The translations under genes were made by a program, and so were the position numbers. The notes below the pieces were generated by a model that made no database searches, was not told the origin of the DNA, and saw nothing but the letters and a program-made list of their open reading frames with translations. Shown piece after piece: positions 9,829 through 18,680 of a stretch of 64,000 bases of DNA; the stretch's first letter is position 1, and the number at the start of each line of letters is the position of its first letter. The stretch spans positions 136,124 through 200,123 of the forward strand of contig DAOVPY010000001.1 in the NCBI GenBank assembly GCA_030628945.1, written 5' to 3'. This DNA comes from Candidatus Nealsonbacteria bacterium (GTDB lineage: Bacteria > Patescibacteriota > Minisyncoccia > Minisyncoccales > DAOVPY01).

Positions 9829-10497
9829 TTAATTGGTAAATTTTTTGATTAAAAATTTGTTGATTAAAGGGAAAATCAGTTTTTTAACAGAATTAGGCAG
9901 GAAGTAATAGATTTTTTTGAAAAATCTTTTTATTTTAATTTTTGCTTGAGCCGTTTTTTTAAAATTAAAATTAAATTGGTTGTAACTGATTAGTTCTAAT
10001 GTTTTGAGCTTTCTGGGCGCGGGAGCGGGTGGTTGAACCGGGTAGCCGAGCAGGACATAAGCGATGGGGTTGAAATTTTTAGGAATAGAAAATATTTTTC
10101 TCAAAGTTTTTTTTGGCGGCAAGTGACAAATCCAGCAACCGCCCAATCCCAGGGAATGAGCGGTAAGAAGCATGTTTTGAATAGCGGCGGCAGCGCTTTG
10201 GATATAATCTTGATATTCAAGATTTTCACTTACATCTTCATAAAGAACCAATATACCCATAGGCGCGTATTTGATTGTTGGGGCTCCGCCGGCCGCAACC
10301 ATTTCTTTTTTTATTTGTTCATTTTTAACTACGATAAATCGCCAGGCCTGGGTGTTGCAGTGGCTGGGCGCCCAATGTCCTGCTTCAATTATTTTTTCAA
10401 TTAAAGAATTGTCTATTGACTGGTTAGAAAATTTTCTAATGCTTCTTCTATTTTTGATAGCTTCGTTAAGTTCCATTATATTTGTTTGTTTTAACAA
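9829..10497 (-). CDS. Nitroreductase-family flavoprotein
   Basis: The signature is RRSIRKF...APSHCNTQAWRFIVV. An alternative start lies at 10476 (MELNEAIK). Confidence 0.7.
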   Translation of the reverse strand: MLKQTNIMELNEAIKNRRSIRKFSNQSIDNSLIEKIIEAGHWAPSHCNTQAWRFIVVKNEQIKKEMVAAGGAPTIKYAPMGILVLYEDVSENLEYQDYIQSAAAAIQNMLLTAHSLGLGGCWICHLPPKKTLRKIFSIPKNFNPIAYVLLGYPVQPPAPAPRKLKTLELISYNQFNFNFKKTAQAKIKIKRFFKKIYYFLPNSVKKLIFPLINKFLIKKFTN

Positions 10498-11449
10498 TTA
10501 AATCAGCCAGCATGCCGATAGCTGACATTTGGATAGCCGAAATGAAGAAAATAATGGTGGTGGTGTCCATAATTCGCGGGGTGAAGAAGTAACTATAGAT
10601 AAAAACCCCAAAGCTGAGCAAAAGCAAAATTAAACTGGCTGGAATAAAAATTCTAAGAGGGTTGAAATAGAGCACGGTTCTTAAAATTAATTGGATGAAA
10701 TTGAGGGTATCCTTGATTGGTTTTATTTTTGATTTGCCCTTTCTTTTATAATAATTAATGGGAAAATATTTGACTCGGTAGTTATTGGTTAATAAAGCCA
10801 GGGTGATGGTGGTAGTAAAGGAGAATCCATTAGGCAGGAGATGGATAAATCGGTTAAGAACGTCTTTTTTAATTATTCTTAGTCCGGAATTTAGGTCTGG
10901 AATTTTGCTTTTTGTGAGATAATTGGCTAAGCGATTAAGCGCCCATTTTATTGGTCTGCGAATGAGAGGTATTTGCGCTTTGGGATTTGTTCTGGCTCCG
11001 ACTACCATATCGTAATTATCTTTCTGCTTTATCAACTTAGCGATGTCTTCTATGGGATAGCTGCCGTCAGCGTCAATAATTAAAACATATTCTCCTTGAG
11101 ATTTTTCAATGCCGGATTTAATAGCCGCCCCGTAGCCCCGGTTTTCCAAATGGTTAATGATTTTAATATTAGAATCAGATATTTGTTGCAGTATTGTCTT
11201 TGTTTTATCAGTAGAAGCATCGTTAACCACTATTATTTCACATTCTTGATTGAGATAAATTCTAAGGCCGGCGACTACTTTTTCAATAGAATTTTCTTCG
11301 TTATAGGCTGGGACAATAATTGAAATTTTCACCCCCACACCACAACAAGGACTTCCGTCAAACCCTTTAAGGGTTTGACGGCTTGTGAATTCAGTTTGTG
11401 ATTGTGAATTCGTTTGTCCTTGTTTGGTGTGGGGGTTTATTTGAGACAT
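10466..11449 (-). CDS. GT2 polyprenol-phosphate glycosyltransferase (GtrB/ArnC/DPM1-like)
   Basis: Motifs are IIVPAYNEE and DADGSYP (DxD), with two C-terminal TM helices. The first ~39 codons lie inside a nested inverted repeat, so GTG at 11332 (VKISIIVPAYN) is a plausible true start. Confidence 0.75.
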   Translation of the reverse strand: MSQINPHTKQGQTNSQSQTEFTSRQTLKGFDGSPCCGVGVKISIIVPAYNEENSIEKVVAGLRIYLNQECEIIVVNDASTDKTKTILQQISDSNIKIINHLENRGYGAAIKSGIEKSQGEYVLIIDADGSYPIEDIAKLIKQKDNYDMVVGARTNPKAQIPLIRRPIKWALNRLANYLTKSKIPDLNSGLRIIKKDVLNRFIHLLPNGFSFTTTITLALLTNNYRVKYFPINYYKRKGKSKIKPIKDTLNFIQLILRTVLYFNPLRIFIPASLILLLLSFGVFIYSYFFTPRIMDTTTIIFFISAIQMSAIGMLADLIVKTNKYNGT

Positions 11450-11454
11450 GTTTT

Positions 11455-12771
11455 TTATTCTTTTTTGAAGAATAATTGAAAAGTTCTTAATAGGATTCCT
11501 AAGTCCAGCAACAAACTTCGGTTTTTGAGATAATATAAATCGTATTGGAATTTTTCCTTACTGTCCATTACTGAACGGCCGTACCTGAATTTGAGCTGGG
11601 CCCAGCCCGTAAAGCCGGGCTTTATTAAGTGGCGAATATGATAGTGCGGGATTTCTTTTTCCAATTTTTCCACGAATTCCGGTCTTTCCGGCCTGGGGCC
11701 TACCAAGGAAATTTCGCCCCTTAGAATGTTGAGCATCTGCGGCAGTTCGTCAAAATGGGTTTTCCGTAAAAATTTTCCAACTTTAGTTACCCTTGGGTCT
11801 TGTTTTTCAGCCCAGACCGCGCCGTTTTTTTCAGCGTCTTTTTTCATTGACCTGAATTTGAACAGAGAAAAGCTATTTCTGTTTTTCCCGATTCTTTCCT
11901 GGCGATAAAATATCGGGCCTTTGTCTTCTATTTTAATCGCAAGTCCGATAAACGGCCAAAGGGGCAGGGATAAAATAAAAATAAAAAGAGAGAGAATAAT
12001 ATCCAGCCCTCTTTTTATTTTGTTATAGAATTCTTTTTCTCCCTCTTTGAGGTTTTCCAAAAACCAGGTTTGGCTGATTAAAGAAAGAGGAACTTTATGG
12101 GTAATGGTTTCATACGCTTCCGCAGAATTAATGAAATTTATCTGAAAGGGCAGGCATTGGTAAAGATTTTGAAGCAATTTGGGATTTGTTCCCAAGTTTT
12201 CAGCGATAATTAAGGTGTCAATTTTCTCTTTTTCAATTTTAGAAAGAAAATTATCCTCTGTATGCCAGATACCCGCCAATTTATATCCCAGATAGGGCCG
12301 GGCGTTAATTTCTTCGCTTAATTTTTGAACCGAAGAATTGTTGCCGATAATCGCCACCCTGATAAGAAAATACGAGGAAAACAAGGAATAAAAAAGTTTC
12401 CGCCAGATGAAAATCAGAGCCGTGAAAATTAAAATATTGAGAACTAAATTTGTTTTCGGAGTAATTCCAAACCAAGGGATTAAATAAAAAAATATCATTC
12501 CCATTGCTATGTTTACAGAGGTTGCGCTTAACAGACGGGGATAAAAAAGAAGTTTGGTTTTAACCAAATTAAGGTCGTAAAGGCCGAAAATATAAAAAAC
12601 AATCAGCCAGAAAAAGTATAAAACAGAAAAAGGAAACAAGTGTTCAAGAAAAAGTTTTTGGTCAAATTCTTTAAAAAAACCGAAAAAAACCGTTAGGAAT
12701 AAACAAAAATAAAGCAGAGATACGTCTCCGAAAAGCAAAAGAATTTTTCTAAAATTTAAAACTCTTGACAT
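11455..12771 (-). CDS. Polyprenyl glycosylphosphotransferase (WbaP/CpsE-type initiating sugar transferase)
   Basis: TM helices sit at the N terminus. The C-terminal sugar-transferase domain carries FRSMKKDAE, GPRPERPEF and PGFTGWAQ. Confidence 0.8.
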   Translation of the reverse strand: MSRVLNFRKILLLFGDVSLLYFCLFLTVFFGFFKEFDQKLFLEHLFPFSVLYFFWLIVFYIFGLYDLNLVKTKLLFYPRLLSATSVNIAMGMIFFYLIPWFGITPKTNLVLNILIFTALIFIWRKLFYSLFSSYFLIRVAIIGNNSSVQKLSEEINARPYLGYKLAGIWHTEDNFLSKIEKEKIDTLIIAENLGTNPKLLQNLYQCLPFQINFINSAEAYETITHKVPLSLISQTWFLENLKEGEKEFYNKIKRGLDIILSLFIFILSLPLWPFIGLAIKIEDKGPIFYRQERIGKNRNSFSLFKFRSMKKDAEKNGAVWAEKQDPRVTKVGKFLRKTHFDELPQMLNILRGEISLVGPRPERPEFVEKLEKEIPHYHIRHLIKPGFTGWAQLKFRYGRSVMDSKEKFQYDLYYLKNRSLLLDLGILLRTFQLFFKKE

Positions 12772-12850
12772 TAATCCATTTTAAATTAAAAATCGTAAAA
12801 TTTCAAGGGAAATTTGATTTTTTATTTTATCTGATTTAGAATTATAAAGT

Positions 12851-15106
12851 ATGGGCAAGAAATCAAGAGAAAAACGGGAACGTCGGCTTCAAGATGAATC
12901 AGGGGTTGCGGTCTTTGCGCCCAAGGTTTATTTTGGCTTGGAAAAAATCTGTCTTTTAGTCATACAATTGGGAACATATTTAGTTTTGTTTGCCCCTCTT
13001 TTGGTGATGAAGAGTTCTTTTTTTCCTTTTGTTACGCCCAAAACAATTTTTTTCAATATCCTAATAGAAATTATTCTTGCCGCTTATTTGATTTTAATTA
13101 TTTTCCATCCCGGGTGGCGGCCCCGGCTTACCGGTTTGACAATCGGGGTCGGGCTTTTTTTAATAATCCTTGTTTTGACTTCTTTTGCCGGCATTAATCT
13201 TGAACGGAGTTTTTGGAGCACTTTTGAGCGAATGACCGGACTTTTCACCTTTTTTCATCTTTTCGCTTTTTTTATTGTTTTGAGCGCCGTGTTCAGGAAA
13301 CGGGAAGATTGGGAGAAAATATTAGGCGTTTCAATTTTAACAGGGGTTCTTCTTTCTGTTTATATTTTGCTGGGCGATGAAATTTCCAGCCGGGGCGGCG
13401 GCACCATCGGCAACACCTCTTTTATGGCCGCTTACCTGCTTTTTGATATATTTTTCGCTTTGATTCTTTTTTTGAGCAATTTTTTAACAAAAAGAATTGG
13501 TTGGCAGGTTTATTCCGGAATTGCTTTGGCGATTATGCTTCCGGTTTTATTCACCTCCAGCTGCCGGGCCGGTGTTGCGGCTTTCTGGCTGGGACTTTTC
13601 CTCTTTGGCTTGGGTTATCTGTTTTTTTCCAAAAATAAACTCTTTAAGCGAATTGCTTGGGGAATTGTTTTGATTGTTCTTATTTTTAGCGGTTTTGTTT
13701 TTGTAGTCCAACCTGATTTTGCTAAGAATAAGGTTGATAATTTAATGTATGAAATGAAGCCCAGATTTACTGTTTGGCAAATGGGTTGGCAGGCATGGCA
13801 AGAAAGGCCTTTGCTTGGCTGGGGTTCGGAAAATTTCAATGTCCCGTTTAACAAACATTTTAATCCCTGTTTGTTTTTAAGCGAATGCGGCGGAGAAATC
13901 TGGTTTGACCGTTCTCACAACATTATTTTTGATGTCGGTGTCACTTCCGGTTTGATTGGCCTCTTGAGTTATTTGGCTATTTTCGGCATTGCCATTTACG
14001 GGTTGCTGAGGTATTGCTTAAAAGAGATGACACGGGATATTTTCCTTTTCCTGGGCATGGCCGCGCTTTTAATTGTCTACTTTTTTCAGAATCTCTTTGT
14101 GTTTGATATGATAAATACTTATATGATGTTTTTTCTCTCCCTGGCTTTTATTAATGTTTTAACTAAAAAAGAAGAAGAGGAAGAGGCGTCGAGACCGGCG
14201 AGAAAAATCGGTTCAATTTCAGGGCTTTTAGGAGTAGCAGTTATTGTTCTTGTTTCGTTTATTCTCTGGAAGGGGAATATTCAGCCGGCGCAAAGCGCGT
14301 ATTTTACGGTTAAGATGGTTGGCGCCCGGCAAGCGGAACAAGCCAATGTTTTTTTTCAGAAAGCATTGAATTCCTGGATGGAAAAATATGAGCCAAGAGA
14401 ACATTTCGCCACTAAGATTTCTCAACTCTCTTTTGATTCCAAACAAAATAAGGAGGCAGTGGCGAAAGGGTTTGAGCTGGCTGAAAAAGAAATGGAAAAA
14501 AGCGTTAAAAAGAATTCCCTGGATTTCCGGCCTCATCTTTTCTTGGGCAAGCTTTATAATAGTTCTTCTTTCTTTTTTCAGGACCCCAAAAAATTTGAAC
14601 GGGCTCAAGAGGTTTTGGAGCGCGCCATTGCGCTGAGTCCGTGTAATCAGCAGGGATATTGGTATTTAGCCGAAGTTAAGTTGGCGCAGGGAAGACAGCA
14701 AGAAGCGATTGATTTGCTTCAGAAAGCTATTGATTTGGAGCCGCGCTTGGCGCGGTCTCACTGGTATTTAGCTATGGCTCATAAAATTGGGGGAGAGTAT
14801 CAGTTGGCTCTGGAAAAAATAAAACAAGCCGAACAAATCGGCTATAACTGGAAAGGAAACACAGGAGAACTCAAGAAAGTAATTGAGATTTATCTCGCTC
14901 TGAACGACGATGCTAACTTAGTTCCTCTTTATCAAATAGGTCTGAAGATTGAACCCGGGAATGCTCAGTTCTGGGCCTCTTTGGCGGCAAGTTACGCTAA
15001 TTTGGGTATGTTTGACAATGCCAGGGGAGCGGCCCAAAAACTTTTAGAGATTGATCCCGGGCTTAGTTCTCAAATTGAAGAATTTTTGAAAACATTGCCT
15101 GAATAG
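12851..15106 (+). CDS. O-antigen ligase/polymerase-like (Wzy_C) membrane protein fused to C-terminal TPR repeats
   Basis: About 450 aa are polytopic membrane domain. They are followed by ~250 aa of TPR-like repeats (AIALSPCNQQGYWYLAEVKLAQGRQQEAIDLLQKAIDLEP...). Confidence 0.6.
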   Translation: MGKKSREKRERRLQDESGVAVFAPKVYFGLEKICLLVIQLGTYLVLFAPLLVMKSSFFPFVTPKTIFFNILIEIILAAYLILIIFHPGWRPRLTGLTIGVGLFLIILVLTSFAGINLERSFWSTFERMTGLFTFFHLFAFFIVLSAVFRKREDWEKILGVSILTGVLLSVYILLGDEISSRGGGTIGNTSFMAAYLLFDIFFALILFLSNFLTKRIGWQVYSGIALAIMLPVLFTSSCRAGVAAFWLGLFLFGLGYLFFSKNKLFKRIAWGIVLIVLIFSGFVFVVQPDFAKNKVDNLMYEMKPRFTVWQMGWQAWQERPLLGWGSENFNVPFNKHFNPCLFLSECGGEIWFDRSHNIIFDVGVTSGLIGLLSYLAIFGIAIYGLLRYCLKEMTRDIFLFLGMAALLIVYFFQNLFVFDMINTYMMFFLSLAFINVLTKKEEEEEASRPARKIGSISGLLGVAVIVLVSFILWKGNIQPAQSAYFTVKMVGARQAEQANVFFQKALNSWMEKYEPREHFATKISQLSFDSKQNKEAVAKGFELAEKEMEKSVKKNSLDFRPHLFLGKLYNSSSFFFQDPKKFERAQEVLERAIALSPCNQQGYWYLAEVKLAQGRQQEAIDLLQKAIDLEPRLARSHWYLAMAHKIGGEYQLALEKIKQAEQIGYNWKGNTGELKKVIEIYLALNDDANLVPLYQIGLKIEPGNAQFWASLAASYANLGMFDNARGAAQKLLEIDPGLSSQIEEFLKTLPE

Positions 15107-15125
15107 GGTTAGGGCTTGTGGGGGC

Positions 15126-15153
15126 TTGACAGATTTTTTGATTGGTGTATAAT
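15126..15153 (+). promoter_or_regulatory. Sigma70-type promoter, consensus -35/-10 with extended -10
   Basis: TTGACA (15126-15131), a 16-nt spacer ending in TG, then TATAAT (15148-15153). A GGGG run sits just 5' of the -35. An RBS (AAGGTGA) precedes the ATG at 15208. Confidence 0.55.
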
Positions 15154-15207
15154 TTGGATAGGAGGATTTAAAACAGCATAAAGGAAAAGGAAAAAAGGTG
15201 AGAAAAA

Positions 15208-16506
15208 ATGAGAAAACAAAAAGAAGGTGAAGTAAGAATTGAGGCTGGAGCAGGGGTGAATTCTGGGGATTGGTTTGAAGGCAGAAAAGAGGTGAAAGAA
15301 GTTGTAGGAAATTCGGCGCAAGAGGCACGGGTTTCCAAGGCAAAGGAGAAGCCGAAAGAAGCAGCGGAGTCGGTGAAGGTAGTGGAGATAGAGAAGGTAG
15401 AGGAAGCGGTTGCGCTTCCGGATCTTGGAAAGATAAAGACCAAGAAGCTCACGAAGAAAGATATAGCGGAACAGGAGAAGGAATACCGGAGAAGGAAAGA
15501 ATATAGTGAGCAGGCCGGGAAACGCCTGACGGAAATTGAGGCAGAGATAGCGAAGATCAGCGAGAAATTTCCTGATTGGGAGTTGGTTCCTAAAGTCAGG
15601 GAAGAAATGAAGGGTCTTAAGATAGAGCGCCAGACCATAACCGGAATCGCGGATGAAGGATTGCAGGCCCACATTGGTCTGTCCCAGTATATTGAGGAAA
15701 TCAGGGAAGCAGTGAAAGAGGAAAATATAGACAAGGTAGATTCTCTCGTTGAGAAGGCAGTAGAGCTCGGCAGATACGAGTGGGGGACAGAAGAGAAAAC
15801 AGTAGGTAAGTCCAATAAGATTTACTACCGAAGAGGAGTTTTGATACCCACCTCGGACAGTCCCGCAACCAAGGCAGTGGCGACCGAACTGAGAAAGCTG
15901 GTTGCAGCGTCTAAAGGGTGGCGCAGAGATGTCTACAGAGAAGCAGTAAAGGCGTTGAAGGCAAAACCTGTAGATATGACCGTCAGAGACATAGTTCATC
16001 ACCACCCAACACCTGGAACCGCGCCCGAAGGAATAGTGTATTGTTTCCTGCCCTCTTATGAGAGAAAGGACGATAAGAGCGGCGAAAACAGGAGAGTTTC
16101 AGAGAGCCACTTTTTGGTAGTGTGCGACGGTACAGTGATAAAACCTTTAGAAGCCGCGGGTCGGCTTGAGAAGGTTTTTAAGGAGTGGAAGAGCAAAAAA
16201 CGCTTCTTGCCGGTAAGCTTTCTGCGGAGCGGAAGAGTCAGCGAAACAGTCACAGAAGAAGTCAAAAGCGATCTCATACGATTCCTTGGACTTCTGAGAG
16301 CGGTCTACTGGCGCGAGCAGGAGGAATACAAACTTCAGCAGGAAGCCGCAGTAGCCAGGAAACTCGAAGAGCAAAAGAAAGTCGCGAAGGCCAAGGCAAA
16401 AAAGAAGGTAGTGAAAACTGAGACCGAGGCGCCGATGTCTTTTGAGGAAAAGCTTCTCACGGAGCAGGTACAGATAGGGTTGACAGCCGACCCTATCAAA
16501 ATGTGA
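15208..16506 (+). CDS. Hypothetical Lys/Glu-rich protein, compositional outlier
   Basis: 432-aa ORF with its own promoter, RBS and terminator. The coding strand is purine-rich. I recognise no family motif. Confidence 0.5.
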   Translation: MRKQKEGEVRIEAGAGVNSGDWFEGRKEVKEVVGNSAQEARVSKAKEKPKEAAESVKVVEIEKVEEAVALPDLGKIKTKKLTKKDIAEQEKEYRRRKEYSEQAGKRLTEIEAEIAKISEKFPDWELVPKVREEMKGLKIERQTITGIADEGLQAHIGLSQYIEEIREAVKEENIDKVDSLVEKAVELGRYEWGTEEKTVGKSNKIYYRRGVLIPTSDSPATKAVATELRKLVAASKGWRRDVYREAVKALKAKPVDMTVRDIVHHHPTPGTAPEGIVYCFLPSYERKDDKSGENRRVSESHFLVVCDGTVIKPLEAAGRLEKVFKEWKSKKRFLPVSFLRSGRVSETVTEEVKSDLIRFLGLLRAVYWREQEEYKLQQEAAVARKLEEQKKVAKAKAKKKVVKTETEAPMSFEEKLLTEQVQIGLTADPIKM

Positions 16507-16538
16507 AGTACACCCCATTGCGAAAAAAAACAAGAAAT

Positions 16539-16589
16539 CCCCTTGGTAGTAGAAGAGCAATCTTCTGACTATCAGGGGCTATTTTTTTT
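16539..16589 (+). terminator. Rho-independent terminator
   Basis: Long hairpin CCCCTTGGTAGTAGAAGA-GCAA-TCTTCTGACTATCAGGGG followed by a T run (16583-16589). Confidence 0.6.
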
Positions 16590-16621
16590 GTGTTGTTTTT
16601 TTGAAAAATTTTTGCTAATAT

Positions 16622-18541
16622 ATGTTAATGGCGAATCAAAAAACAAAAAAAGCTCAGGGAATTAAAAATTTAATCAGGAATTTGGCTTCCATTTTTCTTA
16701 TTTTTTTGATTATTTCCGGCATTTTTGCCTTGTTTTCCCAGTCCTTTGAAGAAAAAAACGAAATTTCTTTAACTCAATTAAGGGAAGACATAAATCAAGA
16801 AAAAATTGAAAAAATAATTGTTTCAGGCAGCGACCTTTCTATTGTTTATTTGGACGGAACCGAGGCCGCGTCAAAAAAAGAAGCCGAGATTGCTTTTTCC
16901 GAATGTTTATTGAATTATGGAGTTGAGCGGGAAAAACTTGGTAAAATAGCCGTTGAATTTAAGGAAAAGGGAGGTCTTGCGGTTTGGCTTGGTCCGATTT
17001 CTTTTTTGCTGCTGCCTCTTTTGATTTTCGGACTTTTTTTCTGGATGATTTTTCGCCAGGCGAAAACCGGAGCCATGCAGGCGTTTAATTTCGGCAAAGC
17101 CAGGGCCCGGTTGTTTGGCGCGGAAGGCCAGGACAAAGAAAAAATTACTTTCAAAGACGTTGCCGGCTTAAAAGAAGCCAAAGAAGAATTAAAAGAAGTG
17201 GTTGATTTTTTGAAAAATCCCAAGAAATTTTTAAAAATGGGCGCCAAAATTCCCAGGGGCGTTTTATTGATGGGACCCCCGGGCACGGGAAAGACGCTTT
17301 TGGCAAGAGCGGTTGCCACCGAAGCGAATGTTCCTTTCTTTTCTATTTCCGGCTCAGAATTTATTGAGATGTTTGTCGGTGTTGGCTCAAGCAGAGTTAG
17401 GGATTTATTTTCCACTGCCAAGAAGCAGCAGCCGAGCATAATTTTTATTGATGAACTTGACGCTATTGGCAGGGTGAGGGGAGCGGGAATCGGCGGCGGA
17501 CACGATGAGAGAGAGCAGACCTTAAATCAGATTTTAGTTGAAATGGACGGGTTTGACAGGGATGCCACAACTTTGGTTTTCGCGGCAACGAATCGTCCGG
17601 ATGTCCTTGACCCCGCGCTGCTGCGGCCCGGCAGATTTGACCGCCGGGTGATTTTAGACCTTCCGGATATTAATGAGCGGGAGGCAATTTTGAAAATTCA
17701 CTGCCGCGGCAAACCTCTTGCCCTGGATATTAATTTAAGAGAAATCGCTGAAAGAACTCCGGGATTTTCCGGCGCGGATTTAGCGAATTTAGTCAATGAA
17801 GCCGCTATTTTGGCGGCGCGGAGAAACAAAGAACGAGTTTATCAGGAAGAAATGCTTGAATCAATAGATAAGGTGCTTTTAGGGCCGGAAAGAAAGAGCC
17901 ATATTTTGTCTGAAAAAGAGAAGAAAATTACTTCTTATCATGAGGCGGGCCATGCTTTGGTTTCCAGTTCTTTGCCGAATACCGAGCCAATCAGAAAAAT
18001 TTCCATTGTTGCCCGGGGCCGGGCCGCCGGTTATACCTTAAAACTGCCAACTAAGGAAATACATCTAAAGACAAAATCTCAGTTTTTGGAAGAACTGGCA
18101 ACTTTATTGGGCGGTTATTGCGCGGAGAAGCTTGTTTTTGGAGAAATTACCACTGGCGCGGCAAATGATTTGGAAAAGGCGTCAGATATTGCCAGAAAAT
18201 TAGTAAAGGAATATGGAATGTCTTCCTTGGGACCGATTTCTTTTGGAGAAAAAGAAGAATTTGTTTTTTTGGGAAAAGAAATCAGCGAGCAAAGGAATTA
18301 TTCCGAGAAAGTGGCCACAGAGATTGATAAACAAGTGGCTCAGTTGATTAGAAACGCTGAGAAAACAGCCCAAAAAATTCTCAGGAAAAGAAGAAAATTA
18401 CTGGATAAAATCGCTGAAACTTTAACTGAAAAAGAAACCATTGAGAGAGAAGAATTTGAAGAACTTATTAAACCTCAAAAAAAACAAAAGAAAATACCGA
18501 GAAAAGAGAATAAGGAATTTAGGGTTCACCCTGTTAAATAA
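16622..18541 (+). CDS. ftsH: ATP-dependent zinc metalloprotease FtsH
   Basis: It has two TM segments, Walker A GPPGTGKT, an AAA SRH region and the zinc motif HEAGHA. Confidence 0.95.
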   Translation: MLMANQKTKKAQGIKNLIRNLASIFLIFLIISGIFALFSQSFEEKNEISLTQLREDINQEKIEKIIVSGSDLSIVYLDGTEAASKKEAEIAFSECLLNYGVEREKLGKIAVEFKEKGGLAVWLGPISFLLLPLLIFGLFFWMIFRQAKTGAMQAFNFGKARARLFGAEGQDKEKITFKDVAGLKEAKEELKEVVDFLKNPKKFLKMGAKIPRGVLLMGPPGTGKTLLARAVATEANVPFFSISGSEFIEMFVGVGSSRVRDLFSTAKKQQPSIIFIDELDAIGRVRGAGIGGGHDEREQTLNQILVEMDGFDRDATTLVFAATNRPDVLDPALLRPGRFDRRVILDLPDINEREAILKIHCRGKPLALDINLREIAERTPGFSGADLANLVNEAAILAARRNKERVYQEEMLESIDKVLLGPERKSHILSEKEKKITSYHEAGHALVSSSLPNTEPIRKISIVARGRAAGYTLKLPTKEIHLKTKSQFLEELATLLGGYCAEKLVFGEITTGAANDLEKASDIARKLVKEYGMSSLGPISFGEKEEFVFLGKEISEQRNYSEKVATEIDKQVAQLIRNAEKTAQKILRKRRKLLDKIAETLTEKETIEREEFEELIKPQKKQKKIPRKENKEFRVHPVK

Positions 18542-18605
18542 TCCCGCTTCCGGCGGGATTGCGCTGAAAGCGCATTTAACAGGGTAAATCCTGTTAAATA
18601 ATTGC

Positions 18606-18679
18606 GCGCGTGTAGCTTAGCTGGTTAAAGCATCCGGCTTATATCCGGAAGATCGTTGGTTCGAATCCAACCACGCGCA
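18606..18679 (+). tRNA. tRNA-Ile, anticodon UAU
   Basis: Hand-folded cloverleaf. Acceptor GCGCGTG/CACGCGC, D stem GCTT/AAGC, anticodon stem TCCGG/CCGGA with loop CTTATAT, T arm GTTGG-TTCGAAT-CCAAC, discriminator A. CCA is not encoded. Confidence 0.85.
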
Positions 18680-18680
18680 C

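Noticed and set aside
15109-16005. Two long antisense ORFs (298 aa and 215 aa, - strand) overlapping the 15208-16506 gene
   Set aside because: The + strand here is strongly purine-rich, so the complementary strand is pyrimidine-rich and almost free of stop codons by composition alone. The translations are low-complexity L/F/S/C/R strings. The promoter, RBS and terminator all fit the + strand gene.
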